Below, piece after piece: positions 1 through 8,773 of a DNA stretch of 64,000 nucleotides. Position 1 is the stretch's first letter, and each line of letters opens with the position of its first letter. The translations under genes were made by a program, and so were the position numbers. This stretch comes from Thermoanaerobaculia bacterium (GTDB lineage: Bacteria; Acidobacteriota; Thermoanaerobaculia; Multivoradales; Multivoraceae): the NCBI GenBank assembly GCA_022822365.1, contig JAJEBV010000043.1, forward strand, positions 42,811-106,810, read 5' to 3'. Below the pieces are notes generated by a model. The model saw nothing but the letters and a program-made list of their open reading frames with translations, was not told the DNA's origin and made no database searches.

Positions 1-1
1 C

Positions 2-2536
2 CCGAAGGGCACGGTGACCTACCTCCACCACCCGGGCGTCGTCGTCGACGTGGCGGCCGGGTCGGGGACGCGGCTCGCCTTCTCGACTCCCCACGGCGAG
101 TTCGACCTGCGGCCGTCCGAGCTCCGGATCGGCGAGGAACTCTCCTTCCTCGACGGCGCAGTGCTGGCCGACCGGGTGGCGCCGGCGGAGCCGTTGTCCT
201 CGCCCGAGGTCGAGAACGACTTCGCGACGATGACGAGCGGCGAGGACGGTGAGGTCTGGGCCGCCTGGACCGCTTACCGCGACGGCGGCGTCTCGATCGT
301 GGCAAGGCGCTTCGACGGCTCGGTCTGGCAGCCCGCCATCCAGGTCACAGACGAGCCGGGCGACCGCCTGATGCCGAAACTCGGGCGCGACGGCCGGGGC
401 CGCCCCTGGGTCGTCTGGTCCGAGCAGGTGGACGGCAACTTCGACCTCTACGGCCGCTACCTGCAACACGCCGCCGACGGATCCTGGTCGGCAACCGAAC
501 GCCTGACCTACGCACCTCAGGCCGACGTCGAGCACGAGCTGGCGAGCGACGCGGAGGGCAACCTGTGGCTGGTCTGGCAGGGCTTCCGCGACGGCCGCTC
601 CGACATCTTCGCCCGCCGCCACGACGGCTCCCGCTGGTCGGCCGAAGGACCCGTCTCCACCTCCGCGGCCAACGACTGGACGCCCGCCGTCGCGGCCTGC
701 GGCGACGGTCGCGTCTACGTCGCCTGGGACACCTACGACCAGGGCAACTACGACATCCAGTTGCGGAGCTTCGCCGGCACCGGCTGGAGCGACGTGGTCC
801 CGGTCGCCGACACCCCCAAGTTCGAGGCCCACGTGTCGATCGCCTGCGACTCCCGCAACCGGCTCTGGGCCGCCTGGAACGAGAGCGGCTTCCAGTGGGG
901 CAAGGATTCTGGCTTCGAGATCTACAAGGAAGCGACGCGCCTCTACGAGTGGCGCACTCTCGCAGTAGCGGTGCTGGACGGCTTCCGCTGGCGGGTACCC
1001 GAAGCCGACGTGAACGAACTGCTCGAACGGGAACTGCCCGAGTACATCCCGGGCTTCAACGACCTGCCCGTGCTCCAGGCCGACGCCGACGGTCGGATGT
1101 GGCTGTTCTTCCGCCACCGCACGATCCGGGCGCGCGACACGCCGGACTTCACGCCGGCCCACCGCGCCGCCTGGCAGATCTTCGGCACGGCATACGTCGG
1201 CGGTGAATGGACCCGGCCGCTTCACCTGCCGTTCAGCCGCGGCCGCCAGGACGTGCGATGGGGACTGGCTTCGGACGGCCGGGGCAACCTGTTCGCGGCC
1301 TGGCCGACGGACAACCGGAACTCCGAGCAGTACCTCTTCGAGCACTCCTCGATCAACGCGGCGAAGCTGCCCTCACTGACCGGTGAAGCGACGCCGCCGC
1401 GACTCGTCGACCCGGAGACGCGCGCCTACACGACATACCCGGTGCATCCCAACGAGGCCGAGGACGTCGCGCGTATCCGCGCCTACACGATCGAGTCGGA
1501 GGGCCGGACCTACCGCATCTACCGGGGCGACACCCACCGCCACACCGAGTTCTCGCACGACGGCCTGAACGACGGCTCGCTGATGGAGGCCTACCGCTAC
1601 GCCCTCGACGCCGCCGAACTCGACTTCCTCGGCGTCAGCGAGCACAACAACCGCGGCGGCCAGGACATCGAGTACGTCAACTGGCTCCATCCCCAGATCG
1701 CCGACATCTTCCGGCTGCCTGGGAGCTTCGTGCCTGTCTACACCTACGAGCGCAGCATCAGCTACCCGGGCGGCCACCGGAACATCCTGTCCGCGAAGCG
1801 CGGCATCCCGACCCTGCCGATCACCGAGGCCGAGTCAGAGAGCGAAGAGGGCGCGGCGCGACTGTTCGCGTATCTGCGGGAGCACGACGCGATCTCGATC
1901 CCCCATACCTCGGCTACCGGCATGGGCACCGACTGGCGCGACAACGACCCCGAGGTCGAACCGCTGGTCGAGATCTACCAGGGCGATCGAACGTCCGCGG
2001 AGTACGAAGGGGCTCCCCGAGCAGCCACCCGCGAGAAACCGAGCGGCCAGCAGGGCGGTCTTCGGCCGGCCGGCTTCGTCTGGAACGCCTGGGCCAAGGG
2101 CTACAAGCTCGGCGTGCAGGCTGCCTCGGACCACATCTCGACCCACATCTCCTACGCCGCCACGATCGCTGAGGACTTCTCCGCCGAAGGCCTGCTCGAC
2201 GCGATGAGGAAGCGGCACTCCTACGCCGCGACGGACAACATCATCCTCGATTACCGGATGCGCGCGAACGGCCGGGAGTACCTCCAGGGCGACATCGCCG
2301 AGGTTTCGGGCCGCTTCGAACTCGTGGTCAAGGTGATCGGCACCGCCCGCATCGAGCAGATCGACATCATCCGCGACCAGACCTTCCTCTACAACCGCCA
2401 GAACCTCGAACAGGAGGTCGACCTGACCTTCGTCGACAGCGACGTGACGCCCGGCGAGCACTACTACTATGTGCGGGTGATCCAGAAGAATCGGGAGATC
2501 GCCTGGTCGTCGCCGATCTGGGTGACGGTCGAGTAA
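2..2536 (+). CDS. Large beta-propeller + PHP/CehA-McbA-like (DUF3604-related) metallohydrolase, probably 5'-partial
   Basis: Frame is open from base 2 (ORF track starts at GTG 14). Repeated propeller-type units (VWAAW, PWVVW, LWLVW, VYVAW, LWAAW) are followed by a metal-binding domain with GDTHRHTEFSHDG, GVSEH, GHRN, SIPH, EIYQG, ASDH and a C-terminal AWSSPIWV. Confidence 0.7.
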   Translation, partial: PKGTVTYLHHPGVVVDVAAGSGTRLAFSTPHGEFDLRPSELRIGEELSFLDGAVLADRVAPAEPLSSPEVENDFATMTSGEDGEVWAAWTAYRDGGVSIVARRFDGSVWQPAIQVTDEPGDRLMPKLGRDGRGRPWVVWSEQVDGNFDLYGRYLQHAADGSWSATERLTYAPQADVEHELASDAEGNLWLVWQGFRDGRSDIFARRHDGSRWSAEGPVSTSAANDWTPAVAACGDGRVYVAWDTYDQGNYDIQLRSFAGTGWSDVVPVADTPKFEAHVSIACDSRNRLWAAWNESGFQWGKDSGFEIYKEATRLYEWRTLAVAVLDGFRWRVPEADVNELLERELPEYIPGFNDLPVLQADADGRMWLFFRHRTIRARDTPDFTPAHRAAWQIFGTAYVGGEWTRPLHLPFSRGRQDVRWGLASDGRGNLFAAWPTDNRNSEQYLFEHSSINAAKLPSLTGEATPPRLVDPETRAYTTYPVHPNEAEDVARIRAYTIESEGRTYRIYRGDTHRHTEFSHDGLNDGSLMEAYRYALDAAELDFLGVSEHNNRGGQDIEYVNWLHPQIADIFRLPGSFVPVYTYERSISYPGGHRNILSAKRGIPTLPITEAESESEEGAARLFAYLREHDAISIPHTSATGMGTDWRDNDPEVEPLVEIYQGDRTSAEYEGAPRAATREKPSGQQGGLRPAGFVWNAWAKGYKLGVQAASDHISTHISYAATIAEDFSAEGLLDAMRKRHSYAATDNIILDYRMRANGREYLQGDIAEVSGRFELVVKVIGTARIEQIDIIRDQTFLYNRQNLEQEVDLTFVDSDVTPGEHYYYVRVIQKNREIAWSSPIWVTVE

Positions 2537-2538
2537 GG

Positions 2539-3294
2539 ATGGACGCAGTCTGGGTCCTGGTTTCGGCCGCGGTCGGCATCGGCTTCGTCCACACGCTGAT
2601 CGGCATCGACCACACGCTGCCGTTCGTCGTCCTCGGCAAGGCGCGCGGGTGGTCGCTCCGCCGGACGCTGTGGATCACCGGCCTGTGCGGCGGCGGGCAC
2701 GTCGCCTCGTCCGTCCTCCTGGGCGGCGCCGGCATCGGGATCGCGATCTTCGCCACCGGGCTCGACACAGGCGAGGGCTACCACTGGATGAGCGGGCGCG
2801 TTGGCGCCTTCGAGACGATCGAGGCGGTCCGCGGCGACCTGGCCGCCTGGGCGCTGGTGGCGTTCGGCCTGACCTATGCCGGCTGGTCGCTGGCCCGCAG
2901 ACGGCGGCGGCAGCGCCACGTCCACGCCCATGCCGGCGGGCTCGTCCATGCCCATGAACATCCCGAGGCGGCTGGCCACGAGCACCCCAGGGCTTCGGCT
3001 GCCGGGGTGGCCGGACTCACCGCCTGGAGCCTGTTCGTCATCTTCGTGCTCGGCCCCTGCGAACCGCTGATCCCGATCCTCATGGTGCCGGCCTTCCAGG
3101 TCGGCCTGTGGGCGGTGGTCCCGGTGACCGCGGCCTTCGGCGTGACGACGATCGCGACGATGGTGGGAGTCGTCGCCCTTGCCTACAGGGGCCTCGATCT
3201 CGTCCGGCTCCCTCGGCTCACGGCGCATGTACACACGCTGAGCGGCCTCGCCATCGCCGCCTCGGGGCTCGCCATGATGCTCTTCGCGATCTAG
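2539..3294 (+). CDS. His-rich Ni/Co transporter-like membrane protein (UreH/NicO/RcnA-like)
   Basis: About 6 hydrophobic segments, GFVHTLIGIDH motif, GHV in the second TM, central His-rich loop HVHAH...HAHEH...HEH, and LGPCEP motif. Starts 2 nt after the upstream stop. Confidence 0.7.
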   Translation: MDAVWVLVSAAVGIGFVHTLIGIDHTLPFVVLGKARGWSLRRTLWITGLCGGGHVASSVLLGGAGIGIAIFATGLDTGEGYHWMSGRVGAFETIEAVRGDLAAWALVAFGLTYAGWSLARRRRRQRHVHAHAGGLVHAHEHPEAAGHEHPRASAAGVAGLTAWSLFVIFVLGPCEPLIPILMVPAFQVGLWAVVPVTAAFGVTTIATMVGVVALAYRGLDLVRLPRLTAHVHTLSGLAIAASGLAMMLFAI

Positions 3295-3303
3295 CCGTCC
3301 GCC

Positions 3304-6300
3304 ATGGGCGCGCCGAATTTCCAGGTTCACGGCCACGACGACGGTCACGGCCACTCGCATAGCCACGGGCTGCTGCAGCGGATCGGCTACATCGCGCTCT
3401 GCGTCGCCGTCGGCGTCCTGTTGCTGCTCTACCTGCTCGGGGTCGTCCGCACCGTCGCCGGCATCGACCTGGCGCTCATCCTCACCCTGGTCGCTGGCTA
3501 TCCGCTCATCCGCCACGCGATCCTGGACCTGCTCCAGGGGCACTTCTCGTCCCACCTGACGATCGCCATCGCGGCCGGCGCAGCGGTCTGGATTGGCGAG
3601 TACTTCGCCGCCGCCGAGGTCATGTTCATCATGCTGATCGGCGAGGGGATCGAACACTGGACCGTCGATCGCGCCAAGGGCGCGATCGCCGGCTTCGTTG
3701 CCAGCCAGCCGGAGCAGGCGCGAGTGCTGCGCGACGGCGGCGAGGAGCTCGTCGCGCTGGAAGTGGTCGAGATCGGCGACGTGGTGCGGGTGCTCGCCGG
3801 CGAGCGCGTGCCGGTGGACGGGATGATCGAGCGCGGCGAGTCGTCCGTCGACCAGAGCAGCGTCACCGGCGAACCGCTGCCCGCCCAGCTCGGCGTCGGC
3901 GACGCGGTGTGGAGCGGCAGCCTGAACGAGTACGGCGTGCTCGACATCCGCTCCGAGCGAACCGGCAGCGACACGACCGTCGCCCGCATCGCCAGCCTGA
4001 TCGAGGACGCGCAGAGCCGGCGGGCGCGCGTCGTCCGCACGGCGGACCGGCTGGCCCGGTACTTCCTGCCCGCGGTGCTGGTCGCGGCCGGCGGCATCTA
4101 CCTGTTCACCGGCGAGATGATGCGCACGGTCGCGGCCTTGATCGTCGCCTGTCCCTGCGCCCTGGTGCTCGCGACGCCGGCGGCCATGGCTTCCGCGATT
4201 GCGCGGCTGGCGCGCGAGGGCGCCCTGGTCAAGGGCGGCGACGTCATCGAGTCGCTGTCGCGCATCGACGCCTGCGTGCTGGACAAGACGGGCACGCTGA
4301 CCTGCGGCCGTCCCGCGCTGACCGCGATCGCGCCCGCTGGCGGCATGGCCGAGGATCGCCTGCTCCGGCTGGCGGCGAGCGCCGAACTGACTTCCGAGCA
4401 TCTGCTCGGCCGGGCGCTCGTCTCCGAAGCCCGGGAGCGGCAACTCGACCTCTCGGAGCCGGAGAACTTCAGGCTCCATCCCGGCCGCGGCGTGACGGCC
4501 ACCGTCGACGGGCACGAGATCGCGGTCGGCAACCAGGCGCTACTGGCGGAGGTCGTCGGCGAAGACCAGATCGGCGCCCTGGCCGACAGCGTGGTGCCCA
4601 CCCCGGGAAGTGGCGAAACGCGGCTCGCCGTCGCCGTAGACGGTGCGCTGGCCGGCGCGTTGGCCCTCGCCGATCCGCTGCGTGACGAAGCGACCGAAGC
4701 GGTCGCCGATCTGCGCCAGGCCGGCGTCGAGCCGATCGTCATGCTGACCGGCGACGCCGAGGGAACGGCGCGCACGATCGGCCGCCGGGCCGGCATCGAC
4801 CAGATCCAGGCGGAACTGCTGCCGGAAGACAAGGTGCGCCGGCTCGGCGAGCTCTCCCGAGGCGACCGCAACGTCCTCATGGTCGGCGACGGGATCAACG
4901 ACGCGCCCTCCCTCGCCGCCGCGTCCGTCGGCACAGCTTTCGGCCACGGCGCCGCCGACCTCTCGGCCGAGGCGGCCCAGGTCGTCCTGCTGCCCGACCG
5001 GCTCGACTACCTGGCGCCCCTGCTCCGCTATTCGCGGCGCGTCGTCGCCCGGATCCGCAGCAGCATCCTGATCTTCGCCTTCGGCATCAACTTCGTCGCC
5101 GTCGGCTTCGCCGCCTTCGGCTGGCTGCCTCCGACCGCGGCGGCGATCGTCCACCAGGCCGCCTCGCTGCTCGTCATCCTGAACTGCGTCCGGCTGCTCT
5201 ACGAAGGCCGGGCGGTGGCAGCCCGCGAAGACCGGGGCTTCGGCCGCTTCCGCCTTCTCGCCGGTCCGGTCGACGGGCTGGCCGCTGGCTGGAACGCCTT
5301 CAAAGCGGGCCGCCGCGAGACGGTTCATCGCCTCGAACACGCGCTCGAAGACAGTCCCGCGCGGATCCGGTCCGCGGCCCCCCGGCTACTGCGCGCGGCG
5401 CCGTTCGCGCTCGCCGCGGTCTGGGCCGCGAGCGGCCTGCGCATGATCGCTCCCCAGGAAGTCGGACTCGTGCAGCGCTTCGGCCAACACGTCGGCGGTG
5501 AACTCGATCCGGGGCTACACCTGCGCTGGCCGTGGCCGATCGAACGGGTGACCAGGGTCGAACCGGACCGCCTGCGGATGGCGGCGGTCGGCTCGCCCCG
5601 GGAAGCCGGTGCCGGCGAGACCGGCGCCGCGGCGAGCTACGAGTGGAACGTCCGCCACGCCGGTTTCGACGACACGCCGCCGCTCGAACGGCTGATGCTG
5701 ACCGGCGACGAGAACCTGGTGGAGGTCGCGGCCCGGATCCACTACCGGGTCGCCGACGCCGCCGCCTTCGCCTTCGCCACGGCCGATCCGGCGCTCCTGG
5801 TCGAGACGAGCGCGGAGCGGTCGCTGCGCACCGTGCTCGCCGGTCACTCGCTCGACGACGTGCTGACCGGCAAGCGCGACGGCATCGAGACGGCCTGGCA
5901 CACCCATCTCTCGGCGCTGCTCGAGGGCCTCGGCGCCGGCGTCGAGGTCGTGAGCGCGACCGTGCAGGACGCCCACCCGCCGCTCGACGTCGTCGACGCC
6001 TTCCGCGACGCGGCGAGCGCGCTCGAGGAACGGGAGACCCTGATCGACGAGGCGGAGGGCTACGCGCTCGAGCGCCTGCCGATTGCCCGCGGCGAGGCGC
6101 GCCGGCAACTCCTCGAAGCCGAGGCCTACCAGAACCGCCGCGTCGAGGCCGGCCGCGGCGAGAGCGAACGCTTCGAACTGCGGGCCGGAGCGTACCGGCG
6201 CGCGAACGACCTGCACCGCTTCCGGCTCCAGCTTCAGACGATCGAAAGCTCGCTCGCCGGCAAACCGAAACTGATCACCGACGCGACCGGCGGTCGCAAG

Positions 6301-6390
6301 CGCTTCGTCTTCGTGGACGAAACGCCGGACCGCCTCCTCGACGTCTTCGTTCCTCCACCGGGTCCGTCCCAGAACGAGGTAGAGCAATGA
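3304..6390 (+). CDS. P1B-type heavy-metal translocating ATPase fused to a C-terminal HflK-like SPFH domain
   Basis: His-rich N-terminus, TGE, ACPCALVLATP, DKTGTLT, SEH, MLTGD and GDGINDAP. After the last ATPase TM there is an extra TM, then SPFH motifs (EVGLVQRFG, PGLHLRWPWPIERV, MLTGDENLVEV, QDAHPP, EAEGY..ERLPIARGEA). Confidence 0.9.
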   Translation: MGAPNFQVHGHDDGHGHSHSHGLLQRIGYIALCVAVGVLLLLYLLGVVRTVAGIDLALILTLVAGYPLIRHAILDLLQGHFSSHLTIAIAAGAAVWIGEYFAAAEVMFIMLIGEGIEHWTVDRAKGAIAGFVASQPEQARVLRDGGEELVALEVVEIGDVVRVLAGERVPVDGMIERGESSVDQSSVTGEPLPAQLGVGDAVWSGSLNEYGVLDIRSERTGSDTTVARIASLIEDAQSRRARVVRTADRLARYFLPAVLVAAGGIYLFTGEMMRTVAALIVACPCALVLATPAAMASAIARLAREGALVKGGDVIESLSRIDACVLDKTGTLTCGRPALTAIAPAGGMAEDRLLRLAASAELTSEHLLGRALVSEARERQLDLSEPENFRLHPGRGVTATVDGHEIAVGNQALLAEVVGEDQIGALADSVVPTPGSGETRLAVAVDGALAGALALADPLRDEATEAVADLRQAGVEPIVMLTGDAEGTARTIGRRAGIDQIQAELLPEDKVRRLGELSRGDRNVLMVGDGINDAPSLAAASVGTAFGHGAADLSAEAAQVVLLPDRLDYLAPLLRYSRRVVARIRSSILIFAFGINFVAVGFAAFGWLPPTAAAIVHQAASLLVILNCVRLLYEGRAVAAREDRGFGRFRLLAGPVDGLAAGWNAFKAGRRETVHRLEHALEDSPARIRSAAPRLLRAAPFALAAVWAASGLRMIAPQEVGLVQRFGQHVGGELDPGLHLRWPWPIERVTRVEPDRLRMAAVGSPREAGAGETGAAASYEWNVRHAGFDDTPPLERLMLTGDENLVEVAARIHYRVADAAAFAFATADPALLVETSAERSLRTVLAGHSLDDVLTGKRDGIETAWHTHLSALLEGLGAGVEVVSATVQDAHPPLDVVDAFRDAASALEERETLIDEAEGYALERLPIARGEARRQLLEAEAYQNRRVEAGRGESERFELRAGAYRRANDLHRFRLQLQTIESSLAGKPKLITDATGGRKRFVFVDETPDRLLDVFVPPPGPSQNEVEQ

Positions 6391-7349
6391 CCCACCACGA
6401 CCATCAGCAACACCACGACCACCACGACGAGGCTCACCGCCACGACGGCGGCGACGGCCACAAGCACCCGCCGCGCCGTGCCACGTCCTGGTGGCGGGCC
6501 GGTCTGGCCGTGCTGGCGCTCGTCGCGCTGGCCCGGACCGTCTTCGTCGTGCCGGAGACCGAGAGTGCGATCGTCACCCGCTTCGGCAAGCCGGTCCGGA
6601 CGATCGAGGATCCGGGCCTCAAGCTGAAGTGGCCGATCGACCGGCGGCTCCGTTTCGACAACCGGGTGCTCCTCTACGATCCCGCGCCGGCCGAGTTCCT
6701 GACCCAGGACAAGAAGAACCTGGTCGTCGATACGGCGGTCGTCTGGCGGATCGCCGACCCGGCGCGCTTCCTGGAGACGATCGGCGACATCTCCGGCGCC
6801 GAGATGCGGCTGCACGACGTGGTCTGGGCCGGCCTGGCGGCCGCCCTCGGCCGCACGGAACTCTCGCAGCTCGTTTCCACGAAGCCGAAGCATCTGCGCA
6901 TCGAGGAGGTCGCGGCCGAGGTCCGCGAGTCCGCGGTTGCCGTCTCCCTCCCCCAACTCGGAGTCGAGATCCTCGAGGTCCAGCTCACCCGCCTGAGCTT
7001 CCCGGAGCAGAACCTGGAGTCCGTCTTCGCCCGCATGCGGGCGGAGCGCGAACGGATCGCCAAGGAGTACCGCGCCCAGGGCGAGGAACAGGCGATGATC
7101 ATCCGCGCCGAAGCCGACCGGGATCGGGATCTGATCCTCGCGGACGCCTACCGTGAGGCGGAGATCCTCCGCGGCCAGGGCGACGCCGAGGCCGCCGGCA
7201 TCTACGGCGACGCCTACCGGCAGGACCCGTCGCTCTACCGCTTCCTGCGCACCCTGGAGTCCTACGAGTCGATTCTCGACGACCAGACGACCGTCATCCT
7301 GTCGGCGGACTCGGAGCTCTTCTCGCTGCTGGGCGGAGGCGCCGAATGA
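6387..7349 (+). CDS. hflC: HflC-like SPFH protein with His-rich N-terminal tail
   Basis: ATG 6387 overlaps the ATPase stop (ATGA). AIVTRFGKP, PGLKLKWP, FLTQDKKNLVVD, VFARMRAERERIAKEYRAQGEE and YRFLRTLESY are HflC hallmarks. The first 27 residues contain 11 His. Likely a paralog rather than the FtsH-associated copy. Confidence 0.85.
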   Translation: MTHHDHQQHHDHHDEAHRHDGGDGHKHPPRRATSWWRAGLAVLALVALARTVFVVPETESAIVTRFGKPVRTIEDPGLKLKWPIDRRLRFDNRVLLYDPAPAEFLTQDKKNLVVDTAVVWRIADPARFLETIGDISGAEMRLHDVVWAGLAAALGRTELSQLVSTKPKHLRIEEVAAEVRESAVAVSLPQLGVEILEVQLTRLSFPEQNLESVFARMRAERERIAKEYRAQGEEQAMIIRAEADRDRDLILADAYREAEILRGQGDAEAAGIYGDAYRQDPSLYRFLRTLESYESILDDQTTVILSADSELFSLLGGGAE

Positions 7350-8278
7350 GACGTCGCGCCATCCCGGCTGCGGCGCTGACCCTGGCGCTCATGTGGCTGG
7401 CCTGGGGCGTCTACTTCGTCGCGCCCGACGAGGAGGCCGTGGTCCGCGTTCTCGGCAGGGCGAGCGCGACGCCGGCCGGGCCGGGCGTGCACTGGAACTG
7501 GCCGCGGCCCGTCGGCCGCGTGGACAAGCTGAAGGTGCGCGAAGCGAAGCGGTTGACGCTCGGCTTCGCGGCGGCCGACCGCGTGCTCGGCGGCGACGCG
7601 ACGCCGGCCGAGGCGCGCTGGTTGACCGGCGACCGCAACGTCGTCCACGTGCGGCTCGTCGTCCTCTACGCGATCCACGATCCGCTCGCCTACTCTCTGC
7701 GCTTCGCGAACGTCGAGTCGCTGCTCGAGGCGAGCGGTCGCAGCGCCCTGCTCGAAGTGGTCGCCGGCATGGGCGTCGACGAGCTGCTGACGACCGGCAA
7801 GGTGGCGGTCCAACAGAGCGTGCAGGCCGCATCGCAGGAGCTGTTCGATCGCTTCGGGACCGGCGTCACCGTCCTGTCCGCAAGCCTCGAGGGAGTCAGC
7901 CCGCCGAGCCTCGTGCGCGAGGCGTTCAACGACGTCGCCAGCGCGCGCGAGGATCGCGACCGCCTGATCCGCGAGGCGGAGAGCTACCGCAACGAGGTCG
8001 TCCCGGTGGCGCGCGGCGAGGCGCGCGCTCTCGTCACCGGGGCCGAGAGCTTCCGCACCGCCGAAGTCGAACGGGCGGCCGGTGAAGCGGACCGCTTCCG
8101 CTCGATCGCGAACGCCGACCAGGGCGCCCGTGCCGAGATCCGCACGCGGACCTATCTCGAGACGATGGAGCGGGTCCTTCCCCGGATGCGGAAGACGATC
8201 CTCGAGCCCGGCCAGAGCACGATCGACATCGACTTCCTCCGCCGCGAGCTGACGCCCGGGTCGAACGGCCGGCCGTGA
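7346..8278 (+). CDS. hflK: HflK-like SPFH protein
   Basis: ATGA overlap with the hflC-like gene. One N-terminal TM, PGVHWNWPRP, LTGDRNVV, VSPPSLVREAFNDVASARED, EAESYRNEVVPVARGEA and RTYLETMERVL. Confidence 0.85.
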   Translation: MRRRAIPAAALTLALMWLAWGVYFVAPDEEAVVRVLGRASATPAGPGVHWNWPRPVGRVDKLKVREAKRLTLGFAAADRVLGGDATPAEARWLTGDRNVVHVRLVVLYAIHDPLAYSLRFANVESLLEASGRSALLEVVAGMGVDELLTTGKVAVQQSVQAASQELFDRFGTGVTVLSASLEGVSPPSLVREAFNDVASAREDRDRLIREAESYRNEVVPVARGEARALVTGAESFRTAEVERAAGEADRFRSIANADQGARAEIRTRTYLETMERVLPRMRKTILEPGQSTIDIDFLRRELTPGSNGRP

Positions 8279-8754
8279 GAGTGAGCCGCAACGTCGGCGC
8301 GACGGCGCTGACCGTCGTCGTGCTCGCGGGCGGCCTGGTCGTGGCGCTGCGCGATCGGCTGCCGGAGCGCGCGACGGATGCCGGCGATCCCAGCGACGTC
8401 TTCTGGGAGATGGTCGACGCGAGCCGCGAGGGCGCTGCGGATGCCTGGCTCGACCTCTTCGCCGGGGAGGTGCGCGAACAACTGGAGACCGTGCGCGACG
8501 AGATGGGTCATGCCGCCTTCGAGCAGTACCTCCGCGGTCGGGTCGCCGGCCTCAAGGGGGTCGCCGTGACCGGCAGGGAGGATCTCGGCGAGGTCGTGCG
8601 CCTGGACGTCGAGTACGTCCGGGAGGCGAGCTACGAGACGCAGTCCCTGGACGTTCGAAGAACCCGGGGACGCTGGCGAATCGTCGCGCTCGGTCCGACG
8701 CACGAGCGCGAGCCGCCGGTTCCCTACGGCACGCCCGTCGGCCCGACAGAGTGA
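8275..8754 (+). CDS. Small membrane-anchored protein of unknown function (possibly NTF2-like soluble domain)
   Basis: GTGA overlap with the hflK-like stop, N-terminal TM, helix-then-strand pattern ending in GRWRIV, and host-like codon usage. Confidence 0.65.
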   Translation: MRVSRNVGATALTVVVLAGGLVVALRDRLPERATDAGDPSDVFWEMVDASREGAADAWLDLFAGEVREQLETVRDEMGHAAFEQYLRGRVAGLKGVAVTGREDLGEVVRLDVEYVREASYETQSLDVRRTRGRWRIVALGPTHEREPPVPYGTPVGPTE

Positions 8755-8773
8755 CGGCGGGAGGAAGGAACGA

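Noticed and set aside
2467-4515. Long antisense or alternate-frame ORFs (for example 2467-4515, 10187-12319, 17196-18899, 28339-30246, 40002-41861, 45665-47815, 54920-57076)
   Set aside because: They shadow genes with clear family motifs, have low-complexity Arg/Gly/Ala-rich translations, and are expected in high-GC DNA.
5532-6386. 285-aa N-terminal extension of the HflC ORF overlapping the ATPase
   Set aside because: Off-frame read-through of the ATPase gene; ATG 6387 with an ATGA overlap is the natural start.
6387-8278. Treating hflC/hflK as the ordinary FtsH-modulator locus
   Set aside because: The order is C then K behind an ATPase::K fusion, HflC has a His tail, and the usual hflX/ftsH context is absent. 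Interaction with FtsH encoded elsewhere cannot be excluded.
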